This document shows positions 36,109 to 45,097 of a stretch of 64,000 nt of DNA, piece by piece. The position numbers were made by a program, and so were the translations under genes. A model generated the notes under the pieces. The model did not search any database, had not been told where the DNA came from, and saw nothing but the letters and a program-made list of their open reading frames with translations. The number at the start of each line of letters is the position of its first letter. Positions within the stretch are counted from its first letter, which is position 1. The stretch is from Planctomycetota bacterium (GTDB taxonomy: Bacteria; Planctomycetota; UBA1135): the NCBI GenBank assembly GCA_024229395.1, contig JAAESM010000050.1, forward strand, positions 58,043-122,042. Reading direction: 5' to 3'.

Positions 36109-36332
36109 CCTGAGTGGGTTCTGTCGTTCGAATTCAATGGGACGGTCTGTGACAAAGCGCGTGAGCCATGACACAGACCTTCTATCCTAAAGGTGCGCAT
36201 GCTTGTTCGCTTGGGTCATATGAGCAAATCCCGTACCAGCCCTAAGAAGTAGCCTGGAAGGCCCTTATGTGGACAAGAGCGCCCATGAAGTGCGGAAACG
36301 CACAGGCTCCGTATGGAGTCCCATTTTCGGCA

Positions 36333-37649
36333 TTATCCGCCCCAGGTGTAGCCCGCAGCAGTGGCTTCGTCACGGCGCAAGAATGGCCGTAAATTCTCTG
36401 GAGAAATCCGCAATGCAGCCTGGGAGTGCGCGGGGTGCACACGATGAGTGGATCGGCAGCCGGCATAATCGACCGGTAGCAGCGAATCGCAGTAGGAGCA
36501 CAGGAAGGTCCTACGAGCCAGGCCGACGACCCTCCAGGGAGCGGTGATCCCCTCTGAGCGAGTGATGCAACCCTCGTTGGGGCAAAGACCTAGGTCGTGC
36601 TCCTGGCTTCCAGCAGGAAGTGGAGCCAAAGCCGGCAAGGGCCATTTATCCTCTCCCAGCATGGCCAAAAAGACCACCTGACGCACGACTGGGCCCATTG
36701 CAGCCTGCTCGAAGTACAGGGCTCTAGGGTCGTGGTCGACCGAGGCGGGCAACTCTTCGCAGCGCGGAAGCGGGTGCAATAGCTGGCAAGACTCCATCAG
36801 TGGATTCTTCAAATGATCCGCAGTGACCCCCGGATAGCCCCCAGAACCGACCTCAGCGCCGCGCTCGGCCTGCATGCGTGTCAGGTACATGGCGTCGAGC
36901 CTGTCGATTTCGGGCGGGTCCTCGCGGAATAGGCTTTTCTGCACCAAACCCTTCGGTTCCAGAACACGCGCCTCTGTAGAACCGGTCCACTCCGCAAACA
37001 ATGGGTGCTTGCCCCAACGCAGGCGGTAATCGAACTTATCGAGGATGCGTCGCTCGAAACTGGCTTCCCAGTCAAGACCTTTGCCTGGCAGCAAAAGGAT
37101 ACGTGCGCCCAACATGGCAAGGCCCCAGGCCAGCGAGCGGGCGGTGCGTCCATGGCGCAAATCCCCCATCAAGGCCACTGTGCGTCCTTCGAACTCACCC
37201 CATTTGCGATACAGGGTGTAAAGGTCAACTAGGGTTTGAGTGGGATGTCCAAGTCGACCATCGCCCCCGTTGACCACCGGTACTCCGGCATATTGGCTGG
37301 CCAAACGTGAAGCGCCATCGTTGGGGTGACGCAAGACCAGCAAGTCACAGTAGCTGCCGACCACCTTAGCCATATCAGCTAGGGTCTCTCCTTTGGTGCC
37401 GCTGGTGGTGCTTGGGTCCGAAACCGAGATCACCGAGGCGCCAAGTCGATGCGCGGCGGACTCGAAGGACAAGCGGGTTCGCGTGGACGGCTCGGCAAAG
37501 ACGGTGGCAATGATGCGCCCGCGAAGGGCTTCGCTGAATTCCAATGGCCGGTTCTCGACTTCACGGGCGCGCTGAAAAAACGCTTCCAGAAACGCAGGGT
37601 TGAAGGCTTCAGCAGAATGAAGACCTTCCATAACCGGCAAGAGTTGCAT
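36333..37649 (-). CDS. pyrB: aspartate carbamoyltransferase catalytic chain fused to a PyrI-type zinc domain
   Basis: ATCase motifs STRTR, HPTQ and HPLPR. The C-terminal extension of about 106 aa carries CPNEGC-x23-CSYC. This matches the Cx4C...Cx2C zinc domain of the regulatory chain. Confidence 0.85.
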   Translation of the reverse strand: MQLLPVMEGLHSAEAFNPAFLEAFFQRAREVENRPLEFSEALRGRIIATVFAEPSTRTRLSFESAAHRLGASVISVSDPSTTSGTKGETLADMAKVVGSYCDLLVLRHPNDGASRLASQYAGVPVVNGGDGRLGHPTQTLVDLYTLYRKWGEFEGRTVALMGDLRHGRTARSLAWGLAMLGARILLLPGKGLDWEASFERRILDKFDYRLRWGKHPLFAEWTGSTEARVLEPKGLVQKSLFREDPPEIDRLDAMYLTRMQAERGAEVGSGGYPGVTADHLKNPLMESCQLLHPLPRCEELPASVDHDPRALYFEQAAMGPVVRQVVFLAMLGEDKWPLPALAPLPAGSQEHDLGLCPNEGCITRSEGITAPWRVVGLARRTFLCSYCDSLLPVDYAGCRSTHRVHPAHSQAALRISPENLRPFLRRDEATAAGYTWGG

Positions 37650-37739
37650 CACAGGGAATCCGTTGGGCGTTTCAGCAAGGGGGTGAGTACCACCACGCGA
37701 ACAACAGGATACCCCCACAACCTGCCGACGGGAATGCCC

Positions 37740-38831
37740 CTAAAGAGCTTCCAGGGCGTCGCGTTCAGCCAGGCTGACTGCGACCAACTGCCCGACCGGA
37801 GGCGGCGAGCCCAATTGCCCCAGCAGGCGCTGCTCCAAGGCCTGCAACAAGGCGACCTGAGATTGCGGTTCGCCACGTAAAAACGGGCGCGGCAGGACTT
37901 CCTCGGCCGTCCAGCTTGCCTTGCGATCGCAACGGTTGACCACCAACGGATCCCGCTCGGTACGCCGGGCAACGGCATCGAGGATCTGCGCGCTCGGTGG
38001 CTCGGCGGCATCGAAGACCCAGATGACTCGCCAGGCCGACGTCAATGCTTGCTCAGTCATCTTCACCGCCGCCTTGTCGACGCCCTGCGCCTGCTCCCAA
38101 ACGCCAGCGCTATCGACCAACTCCACCACGAAGGCTTCGGCATCCAGACCAAGCTGCAGGGGTGCGGCTACCAAGTCTCTTGTTGTGCCGGCCGCTTCAT
38201 TGGCGGTCACGCGCCGCTCCTGCAACCAAGCATTGAACAGCGTCGACTTGCCGGCGTTGGGTGGACCGGCGATCAGCACGGTTGGTGGTTGCGCCAAGAC
38301 TTGTCCCCACGCATTCCATTTGCGCAACGCTGCGACTTGTTGCTGCCGTTGCGGCTCCGGCAACCTGCTGATGCGTTTCAACTCCGTGTTCCAAGGAGTG
38401 GCCAAACGTGCACTGAAGATGCGCGCGGCCAATGGCGAAGTGGCTTGCAAGAAGGCTGCTTGTTCCGCATTGCTTGCATTCGTTACTGCACCCTCCCTTT
38501 CCATATCAAGAAGCTCTTCGCTTTCGACCCAACCGAGTCGATGCAGGAAATCACGCAAGGCTGCGGCCACTCCAAAGCCACCGTGCATGTGAAGCTCAAT
38601 CACAGTGTCTCGCTGCTGTTCTCCGCCGACTGCGCGACACCAACACAAGGCTTCATCAAAGGCGAAGCGATTGCGCATCAATACCACCTTGCCGACTTGC
38701 ATCGCCTCACCGTTGCCGAGCAACTCCTGCATCTTGTCGGCCGAAGCACGCAGCTCCCAAATCGACAATGCGCTGGCTCCAGCAGCAGATAGTCGCCGAT
38801 AGCGTGGTTGCCTAATGCTCTCGCCGGGCAT
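37740..38831 (-). CDS. MnmE/TrmE-like GTPase, divergent with short C-terminus
   Basis: N-domain ..ELHMHGG... G1 GPPNAGKST, G2 GTTRD, G3 DSAG, G4 NRCD. It lacks the C-terminal CIGK. The start is uncertain (38831 or 38912) and either choice overlaps coaX. Confidence 0.55.
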   Translation of the reverse strand: MPGESIRQPRYRRLSAAGASALSIWELRASADKMQELLGNGEAMQVGKVVLMRNRFAFDEALCWCRAVGGEQQRDTVIELHMHGGFGVAAALRDFLHRLGWVESEELLDMEREGAVTNASNAEQAAFLQATSPLAARIFSARLATPWNTELKRISRLPEPQRQQQVAALRKWNAWGQVLAQPPTVLIAGPPNAGKSTLFNAWLQERRVTANEAAGTTRDLVAAPLQLGLDAEAFVVELVDSAGVWEQAQGVDKAAVKMTEQALTSAWRVIWVFDAAEPPSAQILDAVARRTERDPLVVNRCDRKASWTAEEVLPRPFLRGEPQSQVALLQALEQRLLGQLGSPPPVGQLVAVSLAERDALEAL

Positions 38832-39522
38832 AAGCAGCAAGGGCTTCCAGCACGAGGTTCTCGCACCGTTGCCATGTAGGCAAGAACTCTTGGATGCGTG
38901 GACTATCGCCACCGCTCAAGAATCGTTGCGCTTGGCATGTCTGCTCCTGTTCGAAGCGATGCGCCAAGCCTTCGATCGCATAAGACATTGCCAATGAGGT
39001 TCCGGCAAAGACGGCGCCGGCGGTATTCGGTGGGATAGCCGCAGCACTATTCAAGGGTGCATCCAGATGCGGACACGCCTCGGCCAAGGCGCGTTCTTGA
39101 ACGCTCAAGCCAGCACCAATTGCACCGCCTTGAAAGCGCCCTTCGGCATCGACGAAATCAACCGTGAAGGCGGTACCACAATCAGCAACCAAGACGGCAC
39201 TTTGACATTGCTGCCATGTGATCCAAGCGGAGAGCAAACGATCCATGCCGGTGCCTTCGGTGAGGATCTCCAACGGCACGTCGGTCGCGCGGAGTTGCTG
39301 CAACGGAAAGCTGAACCAGCACTCGTTATTGAGGAAGGCGTCGGCGCGCGGCGAGGTACTGGCCACGTAGATGAACTGCGGCTGCAAGTCCTCGACCAAG
39401 GCGCGCAACTCACGTCGGCCGGCACCGGCTTGCCAATCAAATGCGGTGACTCTGCTGTGCCCAAGCAAGCACACCTTCACCCTGCTGTTGCCAACATCCG
39501 CCAGCAAGACAGGCTTGGTCAC
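38812..39522 (-). CDS. coaX: type III pantothenate kinase
   Basis: N-terminal LLADVGNSRVKV (DxGNS/T motif). 236 aa, colinear with CoaX. Confidence 0.85.
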   Translation of the reverse strand: MTKPVLLADVGNSRVKVCLLGHSRVTAFDWQAGAGRRELRALVEDLQPQFIYVASTSPRADAFLNNECWFSFPLQQLRATDVPLEILTEGTGMDRLLSAWITWQQCQSAVLVADCGTAFTVDFVDAEGRFQGGAIGAGLSVQERALAEACPHLDAPLNSAAAIPPNTAGAVFAGTSLAMSYAIEGLAHRFEQEQTCQAQRFLSGGDSPRIQEFLPTWQRCENLVLEALAAYARREH

Positions 39523-39524
39523 GA

Positions 39525-40502
39525 TCAGCGCGGCAGCCTGTAGGACAAGGTGCGTACGCCGCCCAAACGCTCAATGCGTACGGTGATCAGGTTGGTATCG
39601 AGGTTTTTGACCGATTCGAAAAGCTGATCACGATTGGTGGCTGGTTCACCGTTGACATCCAACACGATGTCGTCGGCGCGCAGACCGAGGCGCTCGAACA
39701 CCGAGTTGGCCGGCACGCTCTTGATGCGCAAGCCGATGACCTCGTTGGACAGCGGGTCGCGTTGCACACGGTGCGGCAGCGAGCTCAAGATCTCTTCCTG
39801 AGACATGGACTCGAGGACCTCGACATCTTTCTTGCCGACGGCATAGCTATTGGCCTCGCTGAGCTCCTTGGTGTAATCCGGAGCGACGGTGACGACCGCC
39901 TCGGTGTTGCCATCGGTGGCACCATCCCTGTTCTTGCCATCGGCAAAGACCTGGGCGGCGTCGACCTCATAGGTCAGAGCGTAGACCTTGATGATCTCCT
40001 TACTTTCGACCAACTCCAACTCGACCCAACCAGGCTGTACTTCCTTGAGACGGATCTTTAGTCCTTCTTTGCCCTTCAGCTCGAAGACTTCGCCCACGAC
40101 CAGGAACTTACCAATGAACTTATCATCGGCGGCGGTCTCGCCGCGCGCTTGGATCCAAGCCGCGTTCGGCGACTGGATCAGAGGGACCTCGACATCTTCT
40201 GCTGCCAAAACAGCCTTCTCGACCACGGGATTGTTGTCCTCTGGCACTGGCGGTGGCGCCACATAACCCGTGACATTGAGTTCCTGCAGGACTGCGTATT
40301 GGTTGTAAGGCTTCAAGTGCGTGATCCCTTGACCACCGATCGGTGCCTTCACCTGCGAATCCACCTTATTCAAATCCAACCTGCTGATGATCTTCTCCTG
40401 GTTCAGACCATAGTCAGCCATCTTCCAACCGAAGCCGGCGAGAGCTGCAATGCCCACAAGTACGAGCAAAAGGCGGATGAGTTTTTCGTTCACGAATAGC
40501 AT
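39525..40502 (-). CDS. membrane-anchored PDZ-domain protein (GspC-like architecture)
   Basis: Single N-terminal TM helix (LIRLLLVLVGIAALAGFGW), a central beta-rich region and a C-terminal PDZ domain (GLRIKSVPANSVFERLGLRADDIVLDVNGE). Confidence 0.55.
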   Translation of the reverse strand: MLFVNEKLIRLLLVLVGIAALAGFGWKMADYGLNQEKIISRLDLNKVDSQVKAPIGGQGITHLKPYNQYAVLQELNVTGYVAPPPVPEDNNPVVEKAVLAAEDVEVPLIQSPNAAWIQARGETAADDKFIGKFLVVGEVFELKGKEGLKIRLKEVQPGWVELELVESKEIIKVYALTYEVDAAQVFADGKNRDGATDGNTEAVVTVAPDYTKELSEANSYAVGKKDVEVLESMSQEEILSSLPHRVQRDPLSNEVIGLRIKSVPANSVFERLGLRADDIVLDVNGEPATNRDQLFESVKNLDTNLITVRIERLGGVRTLSYRLPR

Positions 40503-40540
40503 CTTAGCGGTGTCCTCTAGCGATTGCGACGCGCTAGAGC

Positions 40541-41563
40541 CTAGGCTTCTTCCCCTTCAGCGACCAAGGACTGCAGGGATTTAAGCATTTGTTCCAGCCC
40601 TTTTCCGGTTGCCGACGAGATGCAGCGCTCCGGATGGCCGATTTCAACGAAGAAATCCTTAGCGATCTGGGCTGATTCCTCGTCTTCGACCTTGGTGGCG
40701 ACGACCATTGTTGGGCGGCTGGCCAATTCGGCGCTGTAGCCATCCAACTCGCCGCGGATCACGCGGTAAGCTTCTTCAGGTGGATCTGAGGACATCGACG
40801 AGCAATCCACCAGATGCAGCAAAACGCGGGTGCGTTCGACATGGCGCAGGAACTGGTGGCCCAAGCCCTTGCCCTCATGGGCACCCTCGATCAACCCGGG
40901 AATATCGGCGATCACGATCTGGCGTTCCAAGTCGCCAAAATCGAGAATCCCCAAAGAAGGGTCCAGGGTGGTGAAGGGATATTCCGCCACGCGTGGGCGT
41001 GCAGCCGTCACGCGGCGAATAAAAGTGCTCTTGCCAGCATTCGGCAGGCCGAGCAGGCCGACGTCGGCGACCAGCTTCAACTCCAGGCGCAACTTGCGGC
41101 TTTCCCCATCCATGCCGTCTTCGGCACGTTCGGGCGCTTGGTTGACCGAGGTCGCAAAGCGCGCGTTGCCGCGACCAGCCTTACCACCGGCACAGACCAC
41201 GACCTTGGCGCCATCGACATCCAGGTCGGCGAGCAGGTTGCCGCGCTCGAAATCGAACACTTGCGTTCCTACAGGAACACTGATGACCAACTTCTCGCCG
41301 GACTTGCCGGTACGGTTATTGCCGCCACCAGGCTGACCATCGCCAGCGCGCGCGTGATAGTTACGCGACACCCGGAACAGCGAGTTCTCTTGGCCATCCG
41401 CGATCATCTCGACGTCGCCGCCGCGACCACCATCACCGCCATCAGGACCGCCCATATTGACGTACTTCTCACGGTGGAAGGATCGGCAACCACCACCGCC
41501 CTTTCCGGCGCTAGCGATCATGACCGCTTCATCGCGGAACATGTTCTCGATCTTTTGTCCCAT
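40541..41563 (-). CDS. obg: GTPase Obg/CgtA
   Basis: Obg-fold glycine repeats (GGDGGRGGDV), G1 GLPNAGKST and G3 DIPGLIEGA. Confidence 0.92.
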   Translation of the reverse strand: MGQKIENMFRDEAVMIASAGKGGGGCRSFHREKYVNMGGPDGGDGGRGGDVEMIADGQENSLFRVSRNYHARAGDGQPGGGNNRTGKSGEKLVISVPVGTQVFDFERGNLLADLDVDGAKVVVCAGGKAGRGNARFATSVNQAPERAEDGMDGESRKLRLELKLVADVGLLGLPNAGKSTFIRRVTAARPRVAEYPFTTLDPSLGILDFGDLERQIVIADIPGLIEGAHEGKGLGHQFLRHVERTRVLLHLVDCSSMSSDPPEEAYRVIRGELDGYSAELASRPTMVVATKVEDEESAQIAKDFFVEIGHPERCISSATGKGLEQMLKSLQSLVAEGEEA

Positions 41564-41643
41564 GTTTTTGTCCTGGTCAGGTAGCCCTGCTGCTCTAGCT
41601 AAAAAGACTGCGGGGCAAGAATAGCCTCAGCGCTGTCTCAAGG

Positions 41644-41674
41644 AAAAAGCCTGGAAGTCGTGAGACTCCCAGGC
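41644..41674 (-). terminator. intrinsic terminator after rplU-rpmA, upstream of obg
   Basis: 11-bp stem with one mismatch (GCCTGGGAGTC/GACTTCCAGGC on the minus strand) and a 4-nt loop, followed by UUUUU. Confidence 0.6.
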
Positions 41675-41708
41675 TCAAGGCCGCGTGATCCACGCGCGGC
41701 TGAAATGC

Positions 41709-41960
41709 TTAGCCCTCGAGAGGAGGGACGATGCGCACCCGACGGCGAGACTGGAACTCAACAGTGCCATCCCACAGTGCGTACAGGGTGTAATCGGTGC
41801 CCATGCCGACACCGCGACCTGGGTGATGCTTGGTTCCACACTGGCGGATCAGGATCTCGCCGGCTTGGACCTTTTGGCCACCGTACTTCTTGATACCGCG
41901 CATCTGCGCGTTGGAATCACGACCGTTCTTGGTCGAGCCGCCACCTTTCTTATGTGCCAT
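41709..41960 (-). CDS. rpmA: 50S ribosomal protein L27 (bL27)
   Basis: [17 protein letters not shown]...GTKHHPG. Confidence 0.95.
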   Translation of the reverse strand: MAHKKGGGSTKNGRDSNAQMRGIKKYGGQKVQAGEILIRQCGTKHHPGRGVGMGTDYTLYALWDGTVEFQSRRRVRIVPPLEG

Positions 41961-41993
41961 TGTTCTGTTTAACTGTTTGGGCTAGGAGACGCC

Positions 41994-42311
41994 TTAGGCG
42001 CGAATCTCCTTCACGCGGATGTGAGTGTACTTCTGACGATGGCCAACGCTCGAGCGGCTGCTCTTGCGGCGACGGAACTTGGCGACGGTGATCTTCTTAT
42101 CAAGAACTTCACCGACGACTTCGGCGACCACGGAGGCGCCATCGACATTAGGGGTGCCGACTTCGACAGATCCATCCTCCTTCTTCAGGAGTTGGACTTG
42201 ATCAAAGACGAGTTCACTGCCAGCCTCAACGGTGGACATGCGGTCAATCCACAGGTCTTCACCAGGCGTGAGAGTAAGGCAGCGGGAGCGGTCGCGGACG
42301 ATTGCGTACAA
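41994..42311 (-). CDS. rplU: 50S ribosomal protein L21 (bL21)
   Basis: The TTG at 42311 gives (M)YAIVRDRS...FRRRKSSRSSVGHRQKYTHIRV (105 aa), with an AGGA about 8 nt upstream. The 174-aa ORF-track version is a 5' extension. Confidence 0.9.
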   Translation of the reverse strand: MYAIVRDRSRCLTLTPGEDLWIDRMSTVEAGSELVFDQVQLLKKEDGSVEVGTPNVDGASVVAEVVGEVLDKKITVAKFRRRKSSRSSVGHRQKYTHIRVKEIRA

Positions 42312-42343
42312 GGTATTTTTCCTATGCAAAAGGGGCGGACATT

Positions 42344-43972
42344 CTAACGAGGGTCCGGTGCATCGGCAAGAGCAGTAATGGGTTCTAGGACAGATTCTCC
42401 AGAGGGAACCTGCAGATCCTCCACGAACTCGACCTTGTGAGGTAGATCCTGGAGGGCGTTTTGATGGCGACGGAGCTGGTGTACAACCCCCTCTTGAGCA
42501 CGAATTCGCACCTGCCAAGCGCCCGTAAGGGCCCTCAAACGGCGTAAAACGCGCAAAGCGCCGGCACTATGGTGGGCGTAGTTGCCGCTGCCACCACAGC
42601 TGCGGCACATGGCGTCGGCGGCGCGGGCGGGCCCGGTGCCGAGACGCCGGCGGGTAAAGGAGAACAGCCCAAAGCTGCCGATTCGCCCGGTTTTCATGCG
42701 TGCGCGGTCGCCCTGTAGGGCCTCGCGCATGGATTCTTCGACCTGCCGACGGTTGTCAGGGGACCTCATATCGATGAAATCGACCACGATGATGCCGCCC
42801 AGATCGCGTAGGCGAACCTGATTGGCAACCTCTTTGGCAGCCAGCAGATTGGTCTCCAGTGCGGTCTCTTCCAAGGTGGTGCCTTCGACCCGGCCACTAT
42901 TGACGTCGATGGCGGTCAGGGCCTCGGTCGGATGGATCACGATCGACGCGCCACGCCCGATCGGCACGCGGCTGCGGAACAAGCGCTGGTAATCGGTCTC
43001 CAAACCAAGTTGCTCGAACAACGGCACATCATCTTCATAAAGACGCAGCTCAACGCGTTCGGTCGCGGCTTTGCGCTCGAGGAATGCAGCGATTGATTCA
43101 AAGCCCTTCTGTTCGTCGCATTGAATCTTGTCGATCCCGGCGTGGAACAGCTCGCGAATGGCGCGCATCACGATGGTCTCTTCCTCCACCAACAAGGCAG
43201 GTGCTTGTGCCGCCGACGCCGTCTTGGTCATATTGCTGATGCGCTTTTGGATGCGCGTCATATCGGCTTGCAAGACGCGCTTGGGTTCCCCCGCTGCGGC
43301 CGTGCGTGCAATCACTGGCATCTCTGCACCGCCACCAAGCTCGGTGAGAATCTCACGCAGACGTTCGCGCTCTTCTGTTTCCTCAATGCGACGACTGACA
43401 CCGATGCGACCAAGCGATGGCATCCACACCAGACCAAAACCAGCTAAGGAAATGATGGTCGATAAGGTGGCGCCTTTGCCGCGAACGGGATCGCGCACCA
43501 CTTGCACCACGACTTGACGTCCGACCTTCAGCAGATCGGAGATGCGGTTCCGTGCAGGCGCTTCGAATTCAGCTTCGGCGTCCGCCTCTTCGACTTGCTC
43601 TGCATCAGTTGTTTCAGCCGTTGCCTCCTTCTCCTCAACCTCAGCTTGCGCGGCACCCTCTTCACTGACCCGCTCTGGACGCTCGATGACCGCAGTCGCT
43701 GCAGCCATCGCATCGGCACTTGGATCAAGATAAGCAGGATGCACATTGCCGACATGCAGGAAGCCTGCACGTCGGTCGCCGAAGTCAACGAATGCGGCGT
43801 CGAGGCTGTCCTCAACTTGCTTGACCACACCCAGGTAGATGTTGCCGACCATCGAGCCGGCATCGGGGCGGCCACTGCGCAAATCGCAGATCTGCCCCTG
43901 ATCAAGCAAAGCAATGCGCACCTCTTCGGGGTCACGAGCATTGACCACCAGCATGTTTCCGGACCTTGACAT
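42344..43972 (-). CDS. rng: ribonuclease E/G family endoribonuclease
   Basis: N-terminal S1 domain (GNIYLGVVKQVEDSLDAAFVDFG) and the RNase E/G catalytic core (..IVVDFIDM..). Carries an acidic insertion. Confidence 0.8.
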   Translation of the reverse strand: MSRSGNMLVVNARDPEEVRIALLDQGQICDLRSGRPDAGSMVGNIYLGVVKQVEDSLDAAFVDFGDRRAGFLHVGNVHPAYLDPSADAMAAATAVIERPERVSEEGAAQAEVEEKEATAETTDAEQVEEADAEAEFEAPARNRISDLLKVGRQVVVQVVRDPVRGKGATLSTIISLAGFGLVWMPSLGRIGVSRRIEETEERERLREILTELGGGAEMPVIARTAAAGEPKRVLQADMTRIQKRISNMTKTASAAQAPALLVEEETIVMRAIRELFHAGIDKIQCDEQKGFESIAAFLERKAATERVELRLYEDDVPLFEQLGLETDYQRLFRSRVPIGRGASIVIHPTEALTAIDVNSGRVEGTTLEETALETNLLAAKEVANQVRLRDLGGIIVVDFIDMRSPDNRRQVEESMREALQGDRARMKTGRIGSFGLFSFTRRRLGTGPARAADAMCRSCGGSGNYAHHSAGALRVLRRLRALTGAWQVRIRAQEGVVHQLRRHQNALQDLPHKVEFVEDLQVPSGESVLEPITALADAPDPR

Positions 43973-43976
43973 TTAT

Positions 43977-44246
43977 TCAGCCTTGGTCGGCACAGAGTAT
44001 CTCCACCATCTTGACGGCGGCTTGTTCGGCCTGAGGACCCGAAGCGTGCACTTCGATTTCAGCGCCATGGGCGGCGCCGAGGGTCATGACCGAAAGGATA
44101 CTGCGTGCATCTGCCACCCTCCCATCGCAATGCAATTCGATGGTGGCTTCGAAGTCGATTGCCGCCGACACGATGGCATGGCTCGGACGAGCATGGATGC
44201 CATGTGTATTCACGACCTTCGCCTTGCGGACGATGGTCTCAACCAT
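43977..44246 (-). CDS. ptsH: HPr-family phosphocarrier protein (NPr-like)
   Basis: The ATG at 44246 gives an 89-aa protein with the active-site His in NTHGIHARP and a Ser46-like region ARSILSVMTLG. Confidence 0.85.
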   Translation of the reverse strand: MVETIVRKAKVVNTHGIHARPSHAIVSAAIDFEATIELHCDGRVADARSILSVMTLGAAHGAEIEVHASGPQAEQAAVKMVEILCADQG

Positions 44247-44259
44247 GTTTTGGTTTGAG

Positions 44260-44721
44260 TTAAGCCGCTGCAAGCTCGGACAGGAGATCAATCACCTGCT
44301 GAGCTTCATTGGCCTGTACCGAGAACGACACGAAATCCTCGTGCTTGGCGATGCCGGCTAACCAGCGCAGCAGGCCAAGATGTTCTTCAGCACCTTCTTC
44401 AGGGCGTACCACACAGAAAAAGACCTGCACCAGGCTGCCGTCGAGGGCAGCGAAGTCGAGGCCTTCCTTATGGATGCCGATGACGACGGAGACGTCGGTG
44501 ATGCCAGCCAGCTTGACGTGCGGCATGCCTACACCAGCGTCGCCGGTGGACCCTTGTGCCTCACGCGCAATCAAGGCAGCCAAGAGCTCATCCTTACGCT
44601 CGGCCAAGGCCGGGTTGTTGGATGCCATCTGGTCAACCATGGCGGACAAGGCGCTGTCAGAGTCAGACACCTGAAGATCAAGCAGTACAGTCTGCTCGGA
44701 AAAGAGATCCACGTAGTTCAT
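44260..44721 (-). CDS. ptsN: PTS EIIA-Ntr-type protein
   Basis: 153 aa. EIIA (fructose/Ntr) fold with GVGMPHVKL. Sits in the hpf-ptsN-HPr context. Confidence 0.8.
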   Translation of the reverse strand: MNYVDLFSEQTVLLDLQVSDSDSALSAMVDQMASNNPALAERKDELLAALIAREAQGSTGDAGVGMPHVKLAGITDVSVVIGIHKEGLDFAALDGSLVQVFFCVVRPEEGAEEHLGLLRWLAGIAKHEDFVSFSVQANEAQQVIDLLSELAAA

Positions 44722-44738
44722 GGAGTATTGATGTTCCG

Positions 44739-45044
44739 CTAGTGAGGACGACGGTCCTTCGCGGATTGTTTTTCTTTGGACTTGAGGAACTGGCGCTCGA
44801 TCTTGCCGACGACGCCGTCGACTGCCGTGCGGCCGTCGGATGCCTTATCAGAGGCAACAAAAGATTCACCACGCTTGCGGTGAATGATGACATCACAGGT
44901 GACGTCTCCGCCATCATGGTCAAAGACCACCTCACCCTTCTCAAACTCTTCTCCAAGGCGCTCAATATGGTTGAGCTGCTTCTGGGCATACTCCAACAGG
45001 GCCTGTGGGAAGGACTCGTGACGACAAGTAGTTTCGATTCTCAT
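44739..45044 (-). CDS. hpf: ribosome hibernation promoting factor (short HPF/RaiA)
   Basis: The internal ATG at 45044 gives a 101-aa protein, MRIETTCRHESFPQALLEYAQKQL... The upstream 60 codons of the track ORF overlap truA. Confidence 0.8.
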   Translation of the reverse strand: MRIETTCRHESFPQALLEYAQKQLNHIERLGEEFEKGEVVFDHDGGDVTCDVIIHRKRGESFVASDKASDGRTAVDGVVGKIERQFLKSKEKQSAKDRRPH

Positions 45045-45097
45045 GTTTCTCGGGGGTGGCAGGAGATGTCCCACCACCATTAAGGATACGTGCTCCC

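Noticed and set aside
36109-36332. Searched the 224-bp region upstream of the giant operon, and the 150-bp divergent region at 19007-19156, for promoter or operator motifs.
   Set aside because: I found only weak or partial matches: an isolated TTGACA at 19046 without a credible -10, and an 8-bp inverted repeat with a 20-nt loop at about 36143-36178. The sigma-factor repertoire of the organism is unknown, so I could not support a call.
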